A DNA stretch of 64,000 nt. It comes from Anaeramoeba ignava BMAN. Lineage: Eukaryota > Protista > Anaeramoebae. A program made the translations under genes and the position numbers. The notes beneath the pieces are model-generated. The model saw only the letters and a program-made list of their open reading frames with translations. It did no database searches and was not told the DNA's origin. The stretch covers positions 62,001 to 126,000 of the forward strand of contig JAPDFW010000092.1 of the NCBI GenBank assembly GCA_028826165.1, in the 5' to 3' direction. The first letter of the stretch is position 1. Each line of letters starts with the position of its first letter. Shown here one piece after another: positions 1 to 12,040 of the stretch.

Positions 1-2
1 GA

Positions 3-3000
3 TTCAATTTTATAACAGCAGATGAATACTACCTTTATAATCACAAATCTATTTTTGAAAAATGGAATCATCGAGAAATGTCAAATTTCGAATACATATT
101 GCATTTGAATTATTTTGCAGGAAAGCAATTGGGCGATCCAAACAATCATCCCATTATTCCCTGGGTGATTAATTTCGAAGAAGACCCAAGAATATTTCTT
201 CGATATTTAGCGAATCCTTCTGATTTTTCTGAGAAGGATATGGATTCTGTTGAAAAGTCAAAGTTCTCGTTTCGAGACATGAATTACAACCAGATTAGAA
301 TTAGTAAAGGAGACGAAACAATGAAACAACTATTCAAATCACAAAAATATCACTTATCAGAACCTCTATCTGAAGTTTCATATTTCGTGTATTTTGCACG
401 CAGAACACCTGTTGATATTTTGAAGAGATATGTCAGAGCAAATTATAATCCAAAAGAATTTCCAAAAACACTTTTAAGACTTTATAAATGGACTCCTGAC
501 GAATCAATTCCTGAATTTTATACAGATCCTTTAATTTTCAAATCAATTCATGAAAATATGAATGATTTAGAACTCCCAGATTGGGCGAATAATCCTGAAG
601 ATTTTTGCAAGATTCACAGAGAGGTTCTTGAAAGTGATTATGTTTCAAACAATATCCATAATTGGTTTGATTTAGTTTTCGGATATAAATTGAAAGGAGA
701 AGCAGGATTCAAATCAAAAAACATTTCAAAAATGCAATTTGAAAGGCTTAAAACAAATGGATTTATTCAATTATTTGATACTCCTCATCCTCCAAGAAAT
801 GAGTTGAAAAGTGTTCAATTATTACGAAAAGAACAAGACAAAAAAATTCTTAAACAAAAAAAGATTGAGTTGGAGAAGATCAGAAATCAAAATCGAAAAA
901 ATAAGCAAAAAAGAAAATTCAGAAATCAAAACCAAAACCAAAATCAAAACGAAAATCAAAACGAAATTTATTGCAAAAACCAAATACAAATTCAAAATGA
1001 AATAAGAAAATATTATCAAAATCTTTCATATTTAAATTCAAAAAAAGTTCACAAAAAATATTTCTTAAATCCAGAATACTCTCGATTACTAAACTCTGAT
1101 CCTTTTGATATTTCATCTTTTTCTAATGAAAATGAAAAAAATCAAAATGAAAAAAATCAAAATGAAAAAGATCAATATCAATATCAATATCACAAAGACA
1201 ATATATCTGTAGAATTTGAAAAATTATCAAGGATTGAATTCTGTAAATCATTATTATCTAATTTTGGAGATCTTTCTGTCACATATAATGAAAAAATATT
1301 TAAAAGAAAAACAGAAATGAAAGAAAAAGAAAAAGAAAAAGAAAAAGAAATTGATTTAAATTCAGATTCAGAATTGGATTTGGAAGCTATTCAAAAAAGG
1401 ATATTTCAAAAACAAAAATCTTATGATCTTTTTTCGATTGGATGTATTTTCACTGAAATTTTTATTGGAAATCCTTTATTAACCAAAAACAAACTCCATC
1501 AAAAAAAACTCAATAAGAAAGCACTTAAACAGTCTATATGCAAATTATCTGATGGATTACAAACAACAATTGACAATATTTTGAACGTTAATTGGATCAA
1601 AAGATCATCAATCAAAGAAATTTTGGAATCTGATATTTTTCCAAGCTATTTTAAATGGATTTATGGATTTTTTTGCAAAATGAAATGGATTTATAGCACT
1701 TCATCAAAATTAAATTTTGTGATGGAAAATTTGGAAGAAATATTCAATTTACCTGATTCTGGGTTGAAAATACTATTACCGACATTATTGAAATTTGTTA
1801 TTAATAAAGGAACACAAGAGAATTCTGTGCCTCTTCTTCAAATTTTGATGAAAAGACTTGAAAAGAAAAAAGCAAAGAAACACTTGTTAGTTTCTGTGAA
1901 ATTTCTTCTGCAAAAAAAGGAGCCACTAAGTCTCATCCAAAAAATTCTCGAAATTAATTTTCTTAAAACAATCATCACTTGTTTTGGAATGACTTTTTTC
2001 CTTGAGGAAATGTTGCCTTCAATATTACTCAAGTTAGTTTCACCAAACAAGGAAATTTTTTTGATTACAAAAGAAACAATTTTCCAAATTTCAAAAGATA
2101 TTGATGATGTTTTATGTTTCAAATTCATAGTTGAGCCACTAGTGAAATTGTTTGACAAATTAAATTCAAATCAACTTCCAACGTTCTTGTCTGACTTGGT
2201 TACAAAAAGAAGAGACAAAAAAAAATTTCCAGAAGTAGTTTTTCTACTTTTTTTGATATATGTCAACAAGAACAAATCATTTATGCATATGAAAAAGGGA
2301 GATATTTTATTGAATAACTTATTCCCAGTTATGATTAGTTTAGTTTATTCTATTCAAGAATCCTTTTTAATTTCGAAATTGAAGTCTGGAGCTTTCAATC
2401 CTATTTTTGATGTTATCAAGGAGCCTATTTTATTTACATCTAATCATACATTGAAGCTTTTTATTTCAATTTTAGTCTCAATTTCTATGAAGATTGATCA
2501 AAATTATGCTTTGGTTTATATTTTTCCAAATTTTGATTTGATTATTAATCATTTTATGAAGATATGGAATAATGAAAAAAAGAAAGAAGAAATTAAACAA
2601 GAAATTAAAGAAAACAAAGAAGAAATTAAACAAGAAATTAAAGAAAACAAAGAAGATAAAATTGATCCACAAATTGATTTATTAAATAAGATTGAAAGTA
2701 AAAAAGGTTTTCATGAAAATCAAATGAAAGAAGGAGTTGATAATTTTTTTAATCCAAATCAAAATGAAAATGAAAATCAAATTGAAAATGAAAATGAAAA
2801 TGAAAATCAAAATCAAAATCAAATTGAAAATGAAAATCAAAATCAAAATGAAAATCAAAATCAAAATGAAAATGAAAATCAAAATCAAAATCAAAATGAA
2901 ATTGAAAATCAAAATATAAATCAAATTGAAAATATAAATCAAAATCAAATTGAAAATATAAATCAAAATCAAAATCAAATTGAAAATCAAAATCAAAATC

Positions 3001-5930
3001 AAAATCAAAATCAAAATCAAAATCAAATTCAAAATTTAAATAAAAATGAAATTATAAATCAAAATCAAAATCAAAATGAAAATATAAATCAAAATCAAAT
3101 TGAAAATATAAATCAAAATCAAAATCAAATTGAAAATGAAAATGAAAATGAAAATCAAAATGAAAATCAAAATCAAATTGAAAATATAAATCAAAATCAA
3201 ATTGAAAATATAAATCAAAATCAAAATATAAATCAAAATCAAAATCAAAATGAAAATATAAATGAAAATGAAAATGAAAATGAAAATGAAATTGAAAATA
3301 TAAATCAAAATCAAAATGAAAATCAAATTGAAAATATAAATCAAAATCAAATTGAAAATGAAAATCTAAATCAAATTGAAAATATAAATCAAAATCAAAA
3401 TCAAAATCAAAATCAAATTGAAAATATAAATCAAAATCAAAATCAAAATCAAAATCAAAATCAAAATGAAAATATAAATCAAAATCAAAATCAAAATCAA
3501 AATCAAATTGAAAATGAAAATCAAAATCAAAATCAAATTGAAAATATAAATCAAAATGAAAATGAAAATGAAATTATAAATCAAAATCAAAATCAAAATC
3601 AAAATCAAAATGAAAATATAAATGAAAATCAAAATCAAAATCAAAATCAAATTGAAAATAAAAATCAAAATCAAATTGAAAATGAAAATCAAAATCAAAT
3701 TGAAAATGAAAATCAAAATAAAAATGAAAATCAAATTGAAAATATAAATCAAAATGAAAATATAAATCAAAATCAAAATCAAAATATAAATATAAATCAA
3801 AATAAAAATATAAATCAAATTGAAAATATAAATCAAAATCAAAATCAAAATATAAATCAAAATAAAAATCAAATTGAAAATATAAATCAAAATAAAAATC
3901 AAATTGAAAATATAAATCAAAATGAAATTGAAAATGAAAATTCAAATTCAAATTCAAATTCAAATTCAAACTTAAATTCAAATTCAAACTTAAATTCAAA
4001 TTCAAATTCAAATTCAAATTTAAATTCAAATTCAAATGGAAATGAAAATGAAAATTCAAATTCAAATTTAAATTCAAATGGAAATGAAAATGAAAATTCA
4101 AATTCAAATTTAAATTCAAATGGAAATGAAAATGAAAATTCAAATTCAAATTTAAATTTAAATGAAAATGAAAATGAAAATGAAAATTCAAATTCAAATT
4201 TAAATTCAAATGGAAATGAAAATGAAAATTCCAAAAAGTTATTTGATCCAGAATCACTTCCACTTTCACAAAATCTAAGAAATTTTTCAATTGAAGAATA
4301 TAGAGAATATTATAAAAAAATATATACACAAGATATTCTATTTTTAATTTATAATTGTCTTGAAATGTTTCCTTCAGCATTAACAAAAAAAATAGAAAAT
4401 TATCGTTTTGTGAAAGATTTTTTATCAACAAGAAACTTGCTTGGATTTAATTCTTTTTCTCCAATTAAAAAGGCAAGAAGATCAGAAGAAAATGAAGGAA
4501 AAAACATTTCAGAAAACAATAAATATCAGAAAATTGAAGAAGAATTTGAAGAAAAAGAAAAGATGAAGCAGAAATCACAAAAGAACGAAAATTATTCTTT
4601 AACAACAAAAACACCAATAAAAAGAGAAAGTATTAGTTATGAAAAGTTTCCTTTATCATCAAAAGGACATTTAAAAGCAGAAAAAAAATCTGATAATATT
4701 CCGAAAAAATCACAAACACCAAATCCAATGAAAATCAAAACAAGAAAATTTCATCCTTTTATCAAACCGGACAATAGTGGAAGAAGAAAAAAAGAAAGAG
4801 TAAATAAAAATCTAACAGAAAACTTGAGTCACAGCAAATCACAAACACAAGTGTTGCAAAGAAGAGGATTGTTAAAAACGACATCACCAGATATGCCACA
4901 AGAAAATAGGGAAGAAATGAATTTTTTCACAAAATTATTACTTGAAGGACATTATTTTGGAAGTATCCAAGAATGGAAATTTCAAGGACAAACAATTGAA
5001 GGATATGAACGTTCACACACAACAACAATAAATGATATTGATATCCACAAGGATGAAAGTATGTTTCTAACAGGAAGTCGAGATGGAACAGCGAAAATAT
5101 GGAGAATTGATGAAACAAAACCAAGAATTATGTATCCTGGACATAAAAAAGGCGTTACAAAAGTGTGCTTTCTCAATAATCCAAATATTGTGGCTTCATC
5201 GGATTTAACAATCCATTTGTGGGACGCGGAAACATCATCAAAAATACACATTTTCCCAATGCATTCATCACCTCAACAAAATAAATTTTCAACTTTTATT
5301 GAAATTCCAAATCAAGAACTTATTATTGCAGAGACAAACGAGACTATTTTATCACTGATTGATTATCGCTGTCCAAAAATAGTTGGTACATGGGAATTAT
5401 CTGAGCGATTTTCAGGAACAAACAACTCAATAGTTGCAGATCCTTCAGGAAAATCAATTTTTGTTGGATCACTAAATGGAGATGTGAGTGTTTTGGATTG
5501 CAGAATGGGAACAGTGATGGATTCTTGGAGAGCGCATGAATCACAAGTCAATCACCTTAAGTTTACTTATGATAACAGAATCGTCTCAATAGCAAATGAT
5601 TCTGAAATGCTTATATGGGATGTTTCGAGAATTTTGCAAAAGAAATGGAATGAAGATTCCTTAACAAATTCGGAAATTGTCGCCAAAATTCAAACAAATA
5701 AGGAAAATATCCTCAGTTTTGAAACTTTCTATGATATAGTTGTTTCTGTTTCTGCTCAAAGAATTGGTGTTATTAATATTGGAGAAGATCATCTTAATTC
5801 TCAATCACAAAACGAAATGCTTTTCAAGAAAGTGGACACAACAAATGGAATGTCAGTTATTAAAGTTTCACTTTTCCATAAAATATTATTACTTGGAACA
5901 GAAAATGGAGATGTTTTAATTTGCAAATGA
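3..5930 (+). CDS. BEACH + kinase-like + HEAT-like + WD40 protein (WDR81-like), 5'-partial
   Basis: The frame is open from base 3 (..FEKWNHREMSNFEYILHLN). It has BEACH motifs (HPIIPWV, DESIPEFY, LELPDWA, HNWFDLVFGYK, QLFDTPHP), a kinase subdomain IX-like YDLFSIGCIFTEI, a helical middle and C-terminal WD40 repeats (LTGSRDGTAKIW, IHLWD). Confidence 0.85.
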   Translation, partial: FNFITADEYYLYNHKSIFEKWNHREMSNFEYILHLNYFAGKQLGDPNNHPIIPWVINFEEDPRIFLRYLANPSDFSEKDMDSVEKSKFSFRDMNYNQIRISKGDETMKQLFKSQKYHLSEPLSEVSYFVYFARRTPVDILKRYVRANYNPKEFPKTLLRLYKWTPDESIPEFYTDPLIFKSIHENMNDLELPDWANNPEDFCKIHREVLESDYVSNNIHNWFDLVFGYKLKGEAGFKSKNISKMQFERLKTNGFIQLFDTPHPPRNELKSVQLLRKEQDKKILKQKKIELEKIRNQNRKNKQKRKFRNQNQNQNQNENQNEIYCKNQIQIQNEIRKYYQNLSYLNSKKVHKKYFLNPEYSRLLNSDPFDISSFSNENEKNQNEKNQNEKDQYQYQYHKDNISVEFEKLSRIEFCKSLLSNFGDLSVTYNEKIFKRKTEMKEKEKEKEKEIDLNSDSELDLEAIQKRIFQKQKSYDLFSIGCIFTEIFIGNPLLTKNKLHQKKLNKKALKQSICKLSDGLQTTIDNILNVNWIKRSSIKEILESDIFPSYFKWIYGFFCKMKWIYSTSSKLNFVMENLEEIFNLPDSGLKILLPTLLKFVINKGTQENSVPLLQILMKRLEKKKAKKHLLVSVKFLLQKKEPLSLIQKILEINFLKTIITCFGMTFFLEEMLPSILLKLVSPNKEIFLITKETIFQISKDIDDVLCFKFIVEPLVKLFDKLNSNQLPTFLSDLVTKRRDKKKFPEVVFLLFLIYVNKNKSFMHMKKGDILLNNLFPVMISLVYSIQESFLISKLKSGAFNPIFDVIKEPILFTSNHTLKLFISILVSISMKIDQNYALVYIFPNFDLIINHFMKIWNNEKKKEEIKQEIKENKEEIKQEIKENKEDKIDPQIDLLNKIESKKGFHENQMKEGVDNFFNPNQNENENQIENENENENQNQNQIENENQNQNENQNQNENENQNQNQNEIENQNINQIENINQNQIENINQNQNQIENQNQNQNQNQNQNQIQNLNKNEIINQNQNQNENINQNQIENINQNQNQIENENENENQNENQNQIENINQNQIENINQNQNINQNQNQNENINENENENENEIENINQNQNENQIENINQNQIENENLNQIENINQNQNQNQNQIENINQNQNQNQNQNQNENINQNQNQNQNQIENENQNQNQIENINQNENENEIINQNQNQNQNQNENINENQNQNQNQIENKNQNQIENENQNQIENENQNKNENQIENINQNENINQNQNQNININQNKNINQIENINQNQNQNINQNKNQIENINQNKNQIENINQNEIENENSNSNSNSNSNLNSNSNLNSNSNSNSNLNSNSNGNENENSNSNLNSNGNENENSNSNLNSNGNENENSNSNLNLNENENENENSNSNLNSNGNENENSKKLFDPESLPLSQNLRNFSIEEYREYYKKIYTQDILFLIYNCLEMFPSALTKKIENYRFVKDFLSTRNLLGFNSFSPIKKARRSEENEGKNISENNKYQKIEEEFEEKEKMKQKSQKNENYSLTTKTPIKRESISYEKFPLSSKGHLKAEKKSDNIPKKSQTPNPMKIKTRKFHPFIKPDNSGRRKKERVNKNLTENLSHSKSQTQVLQRRGLLKTTSPDMPQENREEMNFFTKLLLEGHYFGSIQEWKFQGQTIEGYERSHTTTINDIDIHKDESMFLTGSRDGTAKIWRIDETKPRIMYPGHKKGVTKVCFLNNPNIVASSDLTIHLWDAETSSKIHIFPMHSSPQQNKFSTFIEIPNQELIIAETNETILSLIDYRCPKIVGTWELSERFSGTNNSIVADPSGKSIFVGSLNGDVSVLDCRMGTVMDSWRAHESQVNHLKFTYDNRIVSIANDSEMLIWDVSRILQKKWNEDSLTNSEIVAKIQTNKENILSFETFYDIVVSVSAQRIGVINIGEDHLNSQSQNEMLFKKVDTTNGMSVIKVSLFHKILLLGTENGDVLICK
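2750..4230 (+). repeat. In-frame AATCAA/AATGAA/AATTCA low-complexity tract (about 490 aa of N/Q/E/I, then N/S)
   Basis: Direct reading; the frame stays open throughout. Confidence 0.95.
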
Positions 5931-5932
5931 AT

Positions 5933-5934
5933 GA

Positions 5935-5986
<52 letters not shown>

Positions 5987-5988
5987 AA
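5933..5988 (+). repeat. (GAAA)14 microsatellite between convergent genes
   Basis: Direct reading. Confidence 0.95.
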
Positions 5989-6047
5989 AATTTTTTAAAT
6001 TTTTAATTTTTAAATCAAATAAAAACCAAAACATGAAATTTGTTGTT

Positions 6048-7904
6048 TTATTGATTTTTCAATAATTTCATAAAACGAATTTCACAATCTCGAAGATTTT
6101 CAAATAAAGATATTATTTTTTGTTGTTCTTTTTTGAGTGAAGAAATTTTTTCTTGGAGATCCTTTTCCTCTTTTTCAATTTGTTCCACAACAGGTTTGAA
6201 TTGTTGTTGAACTAATTGACGAGCAAAATGGGATATTTCTCTTTTGAGAAGAGATTTCTTGTTCTTGGAAATTTCGAGAGAAAGTTTTTCAGATTGATCT
6301 TTTTTTTGATGAAACCAATTTGAAAAAAGTTGGAATTTTTGATTCAAATCGGAAAAAGATGATTCAAGTAGATTTAAGAAACGGTTTTCAAAGAAAGAAA
6401 CATATAAAGGAGAAAGTTCGTTTTTGAGGATATCTGAAGGAAAGGAAGGAGAGAAGTTGAGTATTTTCTGGAATAAAGAATCAAATCTTAAATGAGAATA
6501 GCATTTGATTTTTAAATCATCTCTTTTTTGTCTCAAAATTTTCTCGAAGTGTTTTTCAGTGAAACCAGACCAAACCATGAACTCAGCGAGAATTTCGAAC
6601 GTAAGAAAGACAAGAATAGATAGCAAGGAGCGAGGAACTTCGGGAGATAAAGGGGAACCGTTTGGAATGAGAACATTCACGAAAAATTTTAAAGGGATCA
6701 TTGCGTGTTTTTTGGCAATAACAACACGAAGATGATCAAGATAGTGAACAGGATCAGTTTCTTTGGGTGCGTTAGTTGTGAAGAGAGCAGATGTGTTGCG
6801 GAGATTTTGGTACGTCTCTGCGAGTTTTGTTGGCTCGAAAAGACCGAAACACAATCTAAGACTGAAAGAAGTTGTTGTTGACAGCAAATGATCTTGAATC
6901 AAAAATTGCACGCTATCTGGGAAATTGATACAGAAATCAAAAAGAGAGCCGCAGGGGATCGAGTTAAAGGAAAGAACAGAGGTTAAACATTGGTGATTTT
7001 GATGCTTTCCAAATGTAAAAAACTGATTTGGTTGGTATCGATAGAAGTCTTGAAAATCAGGCCCAATTTGGCATGGAAAAAGCTTGTCAGTCTGGAATCT
7101 AATGGCAAAATTCCCATCTTGATTATTGATGGTGATGATTTCCTGCGGATCGTTGTTTATGTAGGGTTTTGTTTCCTGAATATAAATGGGATCCGAAAGG
7201 AGAAATGAAACGAATTGTTTGACAGCTGTTTCGTTATTTAACGGAATGAAAATTATATAAAACCATCGCAAATATAAATTCAAATGGAACCGCGCTCGCT
7301 CAAGAATATATGAGATTGACATCCGTTGAGAATCTTGAGCGATCTTGATTGTGTATCTGTCTTGATATTGGAAGAGATTTGTTTGTGGAATTAAATTGCG
7401 ATTGTTTAAAAATGTCAGGAATTTGAAAAGATGTTCTGATATTTCCTTCTTTGTTTTAAGAAATGTTGTGTTGAGATATGCATTTGGGAAAACTTTTTGA
7501 GTGATTTTGACGAGTTTTTGAAGAATAATTCTGATCGGAAAAAATTTGGAAAGATGTTTAAGAAAAAAATTGCAGAATTGTTTTGTTGGTTCTGAATATT
7601 TGTTTTTAAAAAGGATATAAAATATGATGCTGCGATAATCTAGATTCGTCACTTCTTCAGCTTCAACATAATTTGTTGTTTCATGGGTAATCATGTCCTT
7701 CTTTTTCTTGGAGAATAATAAAATTTGTTTTGGAATTTTTTCTGTTATTGATCTTTTGAAAATTTTTTTGAATATAATTTGATCAAAATTTGAAGAGAAA
7801 TTTAATTGTTTTTGGTTTGAATTTTGATTTGAATTTTGATTTGAATTTTGATTTGAATTTTGATTTGAATTTTGATTTGAATTAGAATTTATATTAGAAG
7901 ACAT
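6048..7904 (-). CDS. Hypothetical protein, 618 aa, with N-terminal SNQN repeats and a C-terminal coiled coil
   Basis: Long ORF with coding-like GC; no family recognised. Confidence 0.8.
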   Translation of the reverse strand: MSSNINSNSNQNSNQNSNQNSNQNSNQNSNQKQLNFSSNFDQIIFKKIFKRSITEKIPKQILLFSKKKKDMITHETTNYVEAEEVTNLDYRSIIFYILFKNKYSEPTKQFCNFFLKHLSKFFPIRIILQKLVKITQKVFPNAYLNTTFLKTKKEISEHLFKFLTFLNNRNLIPQTNLFQYQDRYTIKIAQDSQRMSISYILERARFHLNLYLRWFYIIFIPLNNETAVKQFVSFLLSDPIYIQETKPYINNDPQEIITINNQDGNFAIRFQTDKLFPCQIGPDFQDFYRYQPNQFFTFGKHQNHQCLTSVLSFNSIPCGSLFDFCINFPDSVQFLIQDHLLSTTTSFSLRLCFGLFEPTKLAETYQNLRNTSALFTTNAPKETDPVHYLDHLRVVIAKKHAMIPLKFFVNVLIPNGSPLSPEVPRSLLSILVFLTFEILAEFMVWSGFTEKHFEKILRQKRDDLKIKCYSHLRFDSLFQKILNFSPSFPSDILKNELSPLYVSFFENRFLNLLESSFSDLNQKFQLFSNWFHQKKDQSEKLSLEISKNKKSLLKREISHFARQLVQQQFKPVVEQIEKEEKDLQEKISSLKKEQQKIISLFENLRDCEIRFMKLLKNQ

Positions 7905-7990
7905 TTAGAAAAAAAATAAATTAAAATAAAAAAATGAAAAAAGAAAAATCAAAAAAAATTTTTTTCATTTTTTTATTTTTAAAATTAAAA

Positions 7991-10900
7991 ATGGAAGAAA
8001 TTTTACAACAAAGAGTTAATTGGTCGTTAAATCAATATCTTTATTCAAATGCTGTTTTTCTTGCTGAAAGACTTTATTCAGAATTTCCTAATGAAAATAA
8101 CTTATTTATTATTGCTGAAGTTTATTATCGAATGGGGAAAGTTAGACAAGCTTATAGAATATTACAAATGGCTGGTTCTCAACTTTATTCAAATTCAAAT
8201 AATCGTTATTTATTTGCTTTATGTTGTTATAGTTTGAGTAAATTTATTGAAGCTGAAGAGGTTTTAACTTCATCTTCTTCTTATAAAGTAATTTTATAAA
8301 TAATTTTATAATAAATTTTATAAATAATTTTATATTAATTTTATAAATAATTTTATAAATAATTTTATAATAAATTTTATAAATAATTTTATAAATAATT
8401 TTATAAATAATTTAATATTTAATTTTATATTTAATTTTATAAATAATTTTATAAATAATTTTATAAATAATTTAATAAATAATTTTATAAATAATTTTAT
8501 AAATAATTTAATAAATAATTTTATAAATAATTTTATAATTAATTTTTATAAATAATTTTTATAAATAATTTAATAAATAATTTTATAAATAATTTTTATA
8601 AATAATTTTATATTTAATTTTATAATTAATTTAATAAATAATTTTATAAATAATTTTATAAATAATTTAATAAACAATTTAATAAATAATTTTATAAATA
8701 ATTTTATAAATAATTTTATAAATAAATTTATAAATAATTTTATAACTAAATTTATAAATAATTTTATAAATAATTTTATAAATAATTTAATAACTAAATT
8801 TATAAATAATTTTATAAATAATTTTATATTTAATTTTATAAATAATTTTATAAATAATTTTATAAATAATTTTATATTTAATTTTATATTTAATTTTATA
8901 TATAATTTTATATATAATTTTATAAATAATTTTATATATAATTTTATAAATAATTTTATATTTAATTTTATAAATAATTTTATAAATAATTTTATAAATA
9001 ATTTAATAACTAATTTTATAAATAATTTTATAAATAATTTTATTTTAAATTTTATATTTAAAAAGGGAAGAAGTATTAATTTAGTTCCTAATGGAAGTTC
9101 AGGTCTTTTTCTTCTTGGAATGGTTTACAAACAACAAAATCGAAATAAAGAAGCATCAAAATGTTTCAAACTTTCATTTCAAAAAAATCCTTTTATGTGG
9201 GTTTCATTTCAAGAATTAAGCAAATTAGAAGAAAATTTAAAAATTGATGAATTATTTCTTGATCCAAATACGTTTGAAACAATATCATTTCCTTCTGAAA
9301 TTCCTAATTTATCACAAATTCCTCATAATACAATTACACAAATATCTAATGAACAAGAAATTGTGTCTCCAATCCCAAATAAATCAAATTATTTAATGAA
9401 TATAATGGAAACTCCTCAAACAGTTTCTCATAAAAATATTTCAAGAAAAAAACCTTCAAAAAGAGCAATTACTTTTTCAAAAAGTTCAATTAAACAAAAA
9501 CAAAAACAAAAAACTTTCACATCTTTATCAACACCATTAAATACACCAAAGTAATTCAAATTAAAATTATTTATAAAATTAAAATTAAAATTGAAATTAA
9601 AATTCAAAATTATTTATAAAATTAAAAATTTAAAATTTAAAATTATTTATAAAATTAAAATTCAAAATTTGATTTTATAGAAATGTTGCTACTCAAAAAC
9701 CTTTTATTGAAACTCCTTATTTCACACCAGTTGCTAATAATTTTGTTACTCCTTCACCAACAGTTAGACAACCCCAAATGCCAAAACTAAAAACAAAACA
9801 AAAACAAAGAGATGGTTTAAACCAACCAGTTCAAACAGTTACATTAAAATTTGAAGATGAAAAAACAAAAAAAGAAAAAACAGAAAGTAAAAAAATAGAA
9901 AGTAAAAAAATAGAAAGTAAAAAAACAGAAAGTAAAAATAATAACAATAATCTTGAAGAACTTGAGTTTTCAATGTTGAAACCAAGCACAAAAAAACAAA
10001 AGCCAGTAAAAACAAGAAAAACAAAAGCTCCTTCACATAATTTTATTTCACATGATCCAAAAACACCAAATGAAATTGGACACCAAAAAAAAGAGAGAAA
10101 AAAAATTGTTATTGAAAAAGAAGAAAACGAAAAAGCAGAAAAAATGTCAAAAGGAATCAATGAATATTTAGGATTAATTCGAGTATTTGCAGAAGCATAT
10201 GGATATTTAACGGAATATAAATGCGAAAAAAGCATTGAAAAATTCAAAAGTCTTCAACCATGTCATTTTGCATCTGGATGGGTTCTTTCTCAAGTTGCTC
10301 GCGCTTATTTTGAACTGAGTCAATTTCAGCAATCATATCAAATGTTTGAAAAAGCGCGAAAAATAGCGCCTTATATGACGAAAGACATGGAAATCTATTC
10401 AACAGTTCTTTGGCATTTGCATAAGGATTATGAACTTAGTCATCTCGCAAATGACTTGATTTTATTGGACAGAATGTGTCCTGAAACTTGGTGTGCAATT
10501 GGAAATTGTTTCAGTCTTCAAAAGGAGCATGAAACTGCAATTAAATTTTTCCAAAGAGTAAACAATTATAAATGTGGATTGCAAAATGAAAAAAAAATAA
10601 TTAAATAAAAAAAAACCGTTTGAAATGGAATTTTAGGCTGTTCAATTAAATCCATATTTTGCCTATGCTTATACCCTTTCGGGCCACGAATATATCACAA
10701 GAGAAAATTTCGAAAAAGCGTTATCTTTTTTCCGTCGCGCTCTTTCTGTTGATCACAGACACTGGAATGCTTGGTATGGTTTGGGATCTGTTTATATGCA
10801 CCAAGAGAAATTTGAATTAGCTTTATATCATTTTAAACGCGCTTTGGATATTTCTGATAATAGCTCTATTCTCCATTGTTATTATGCAATGGCTTTATAT

Positions 10901-11797
10901 GCAAATCAAAAAGTTCCTGAAGCGTTAAATTCACTTAAAATTGCAATTAAAAAAAATCCTAATAATGCAGTTGCTTTGTTTAAAAAAGCAAATATTTTAT
11001 TTGATTTATATGATAACAAAGTAGTTAATCAAATTTTAATAATTTTAATAACTTTAATAATTTTAATAAATTTAATAATTTTAATAAATTTAATAATTTT
11101 AATAATTTTAATAAATTTAATAATTTTAATAATTTTAATAAATTTAATAATTTTAATAAATTTAATAATTTTAATAATTTTAATAATTTTAATAATTTTA
11201 ATAATTTTAATAATTTTAATAATTTTAATAATTTTAATAATTTTAATAATAAATTAAATAATAATTTTAATAATAAATTAAATAATAATTTTAATAATAA
11301 TTATAATAATAAATTTAATAATAATTTTAATAATAATTTTATAAATAATTTTAATAATAATTTAATAATAATTTTAATAATAATTTTAATAATAATTTTA
11401 ATAATAAATTTAATAATAAATTTAATAATAATTTTAATAATAATTTTAATAATAATTTTAATAATAATTTTAATAATAATTTTAATAATAATTTTAATAA
11501 TAATTTAATAATAATTTTAATAATAATTTTAATAATAAATTTAATAATTAGGGAGCAGAAAAAATTTTACTTAATCTGAGAGAAAATGTTCCAAAAGAAT
11601 CAGGTGTTCATTTACTTCTTGGAAGAGTTTATAAAAGAGAAAAAAGATGGGAAGAAGCAATAGATTCTTTTTCAGTTGCTTTAGATTTAGATCCAAAAAC
11701 AAATAAATTCTTAAAAAATGAAATTGAAAATATTGGTGAATTTTTAATGGATAATTTGGAAGAGAAAAAAGAAGAAAATCAAAAAAATCAAAAATAA
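7991..11797 (+). CDS. CDC27: Anaphase-promoting complex subunit 3 (CDC27), TPR protein, about 762 aa. Exons 7991-8287, 9066-9550, 9681-10557, 10637-11020, 11552-11797
   Basis: Motifs NAVFLAERL, MEIYSTVLWHL, PETWCAIGNCFSLQKEHETAIKFFQRAVQLNPYFAYAYTLSGHE and HWNAWYGLG. Four GT-AG introns join in frame. Confidence 0.93.
8288..9065 (+). repeat. CDC27 intron 1 filled with ATAAATAATTTT-type repeat
   Basis: GTAATT...AAAAG; tandem 12-13-mers with essentially no internal G. Confidence 0.9.
11021..11551 (+). repeat. CDC27 intron 4 filled with (TTAATAATT)n-type repeat
   Basis: GTAGTT...ATTAG; 9- and 12-mer AT units. Confidence 0.9.
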
Positions 11798-11886
11798 AAT
11801 TTTAATTTAAAAGAAGTTTATTTTAAAAAAAAAAAAAGAAAAAATTTTTTAATTAAATTTCTTAATTAAATTTTAAATTAAATTTT

Positions 11887-11959
11887 GATCTTGTAGCCCA
11901 ATGGATAAGGCGTTAGATTCCGGATCTAAAGATTGTGGGTTCAAGTCCCATCAAGATCG
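11887..11959 (+). tRNA. tRNA-Arg(CCG)
   Basis: 73-nt cloverleaf: acceptor GATCTTG/CAAGATC, D arm TAGCCCAATGGATAAGGC, anticodon arm TTAGA-TTCCGGA-TCTAA, T loop GTTCAAGTC. An oligo-T Pol III terminator follows. Confidence 0.95.
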
Positions 11960-12040
11960 TTATTTTTTTATTTTTATTTATTTTTTATTTATTTTTTTTT
12001 CCTTTTTTATTTTCATTTTTTCATTTTTTTCTTTTCAAAA

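Noticed and set aside
2682-4431. Antisense ILIF/FHF-rich ORFs, and similar ones at 13766, 24912, 25563, 43229 and 47671-48226
   Set aside because: They are shadows of simple repeats or of real genes on the other strand.
7934-7990. Upstream in-frame ATG for CDC27
   Set aside because: It lies in the A/T-rich promoter upstream of the TCATTT motif; MEEIL at 7991 fits the CDC27 N-terminus better.
11933-12040. N-terminal extension of the 624-aa ORF
   Set aside because: It starts at a non-ATG codon inside the tRNA; the ATG at 12041 matches the paralogue.
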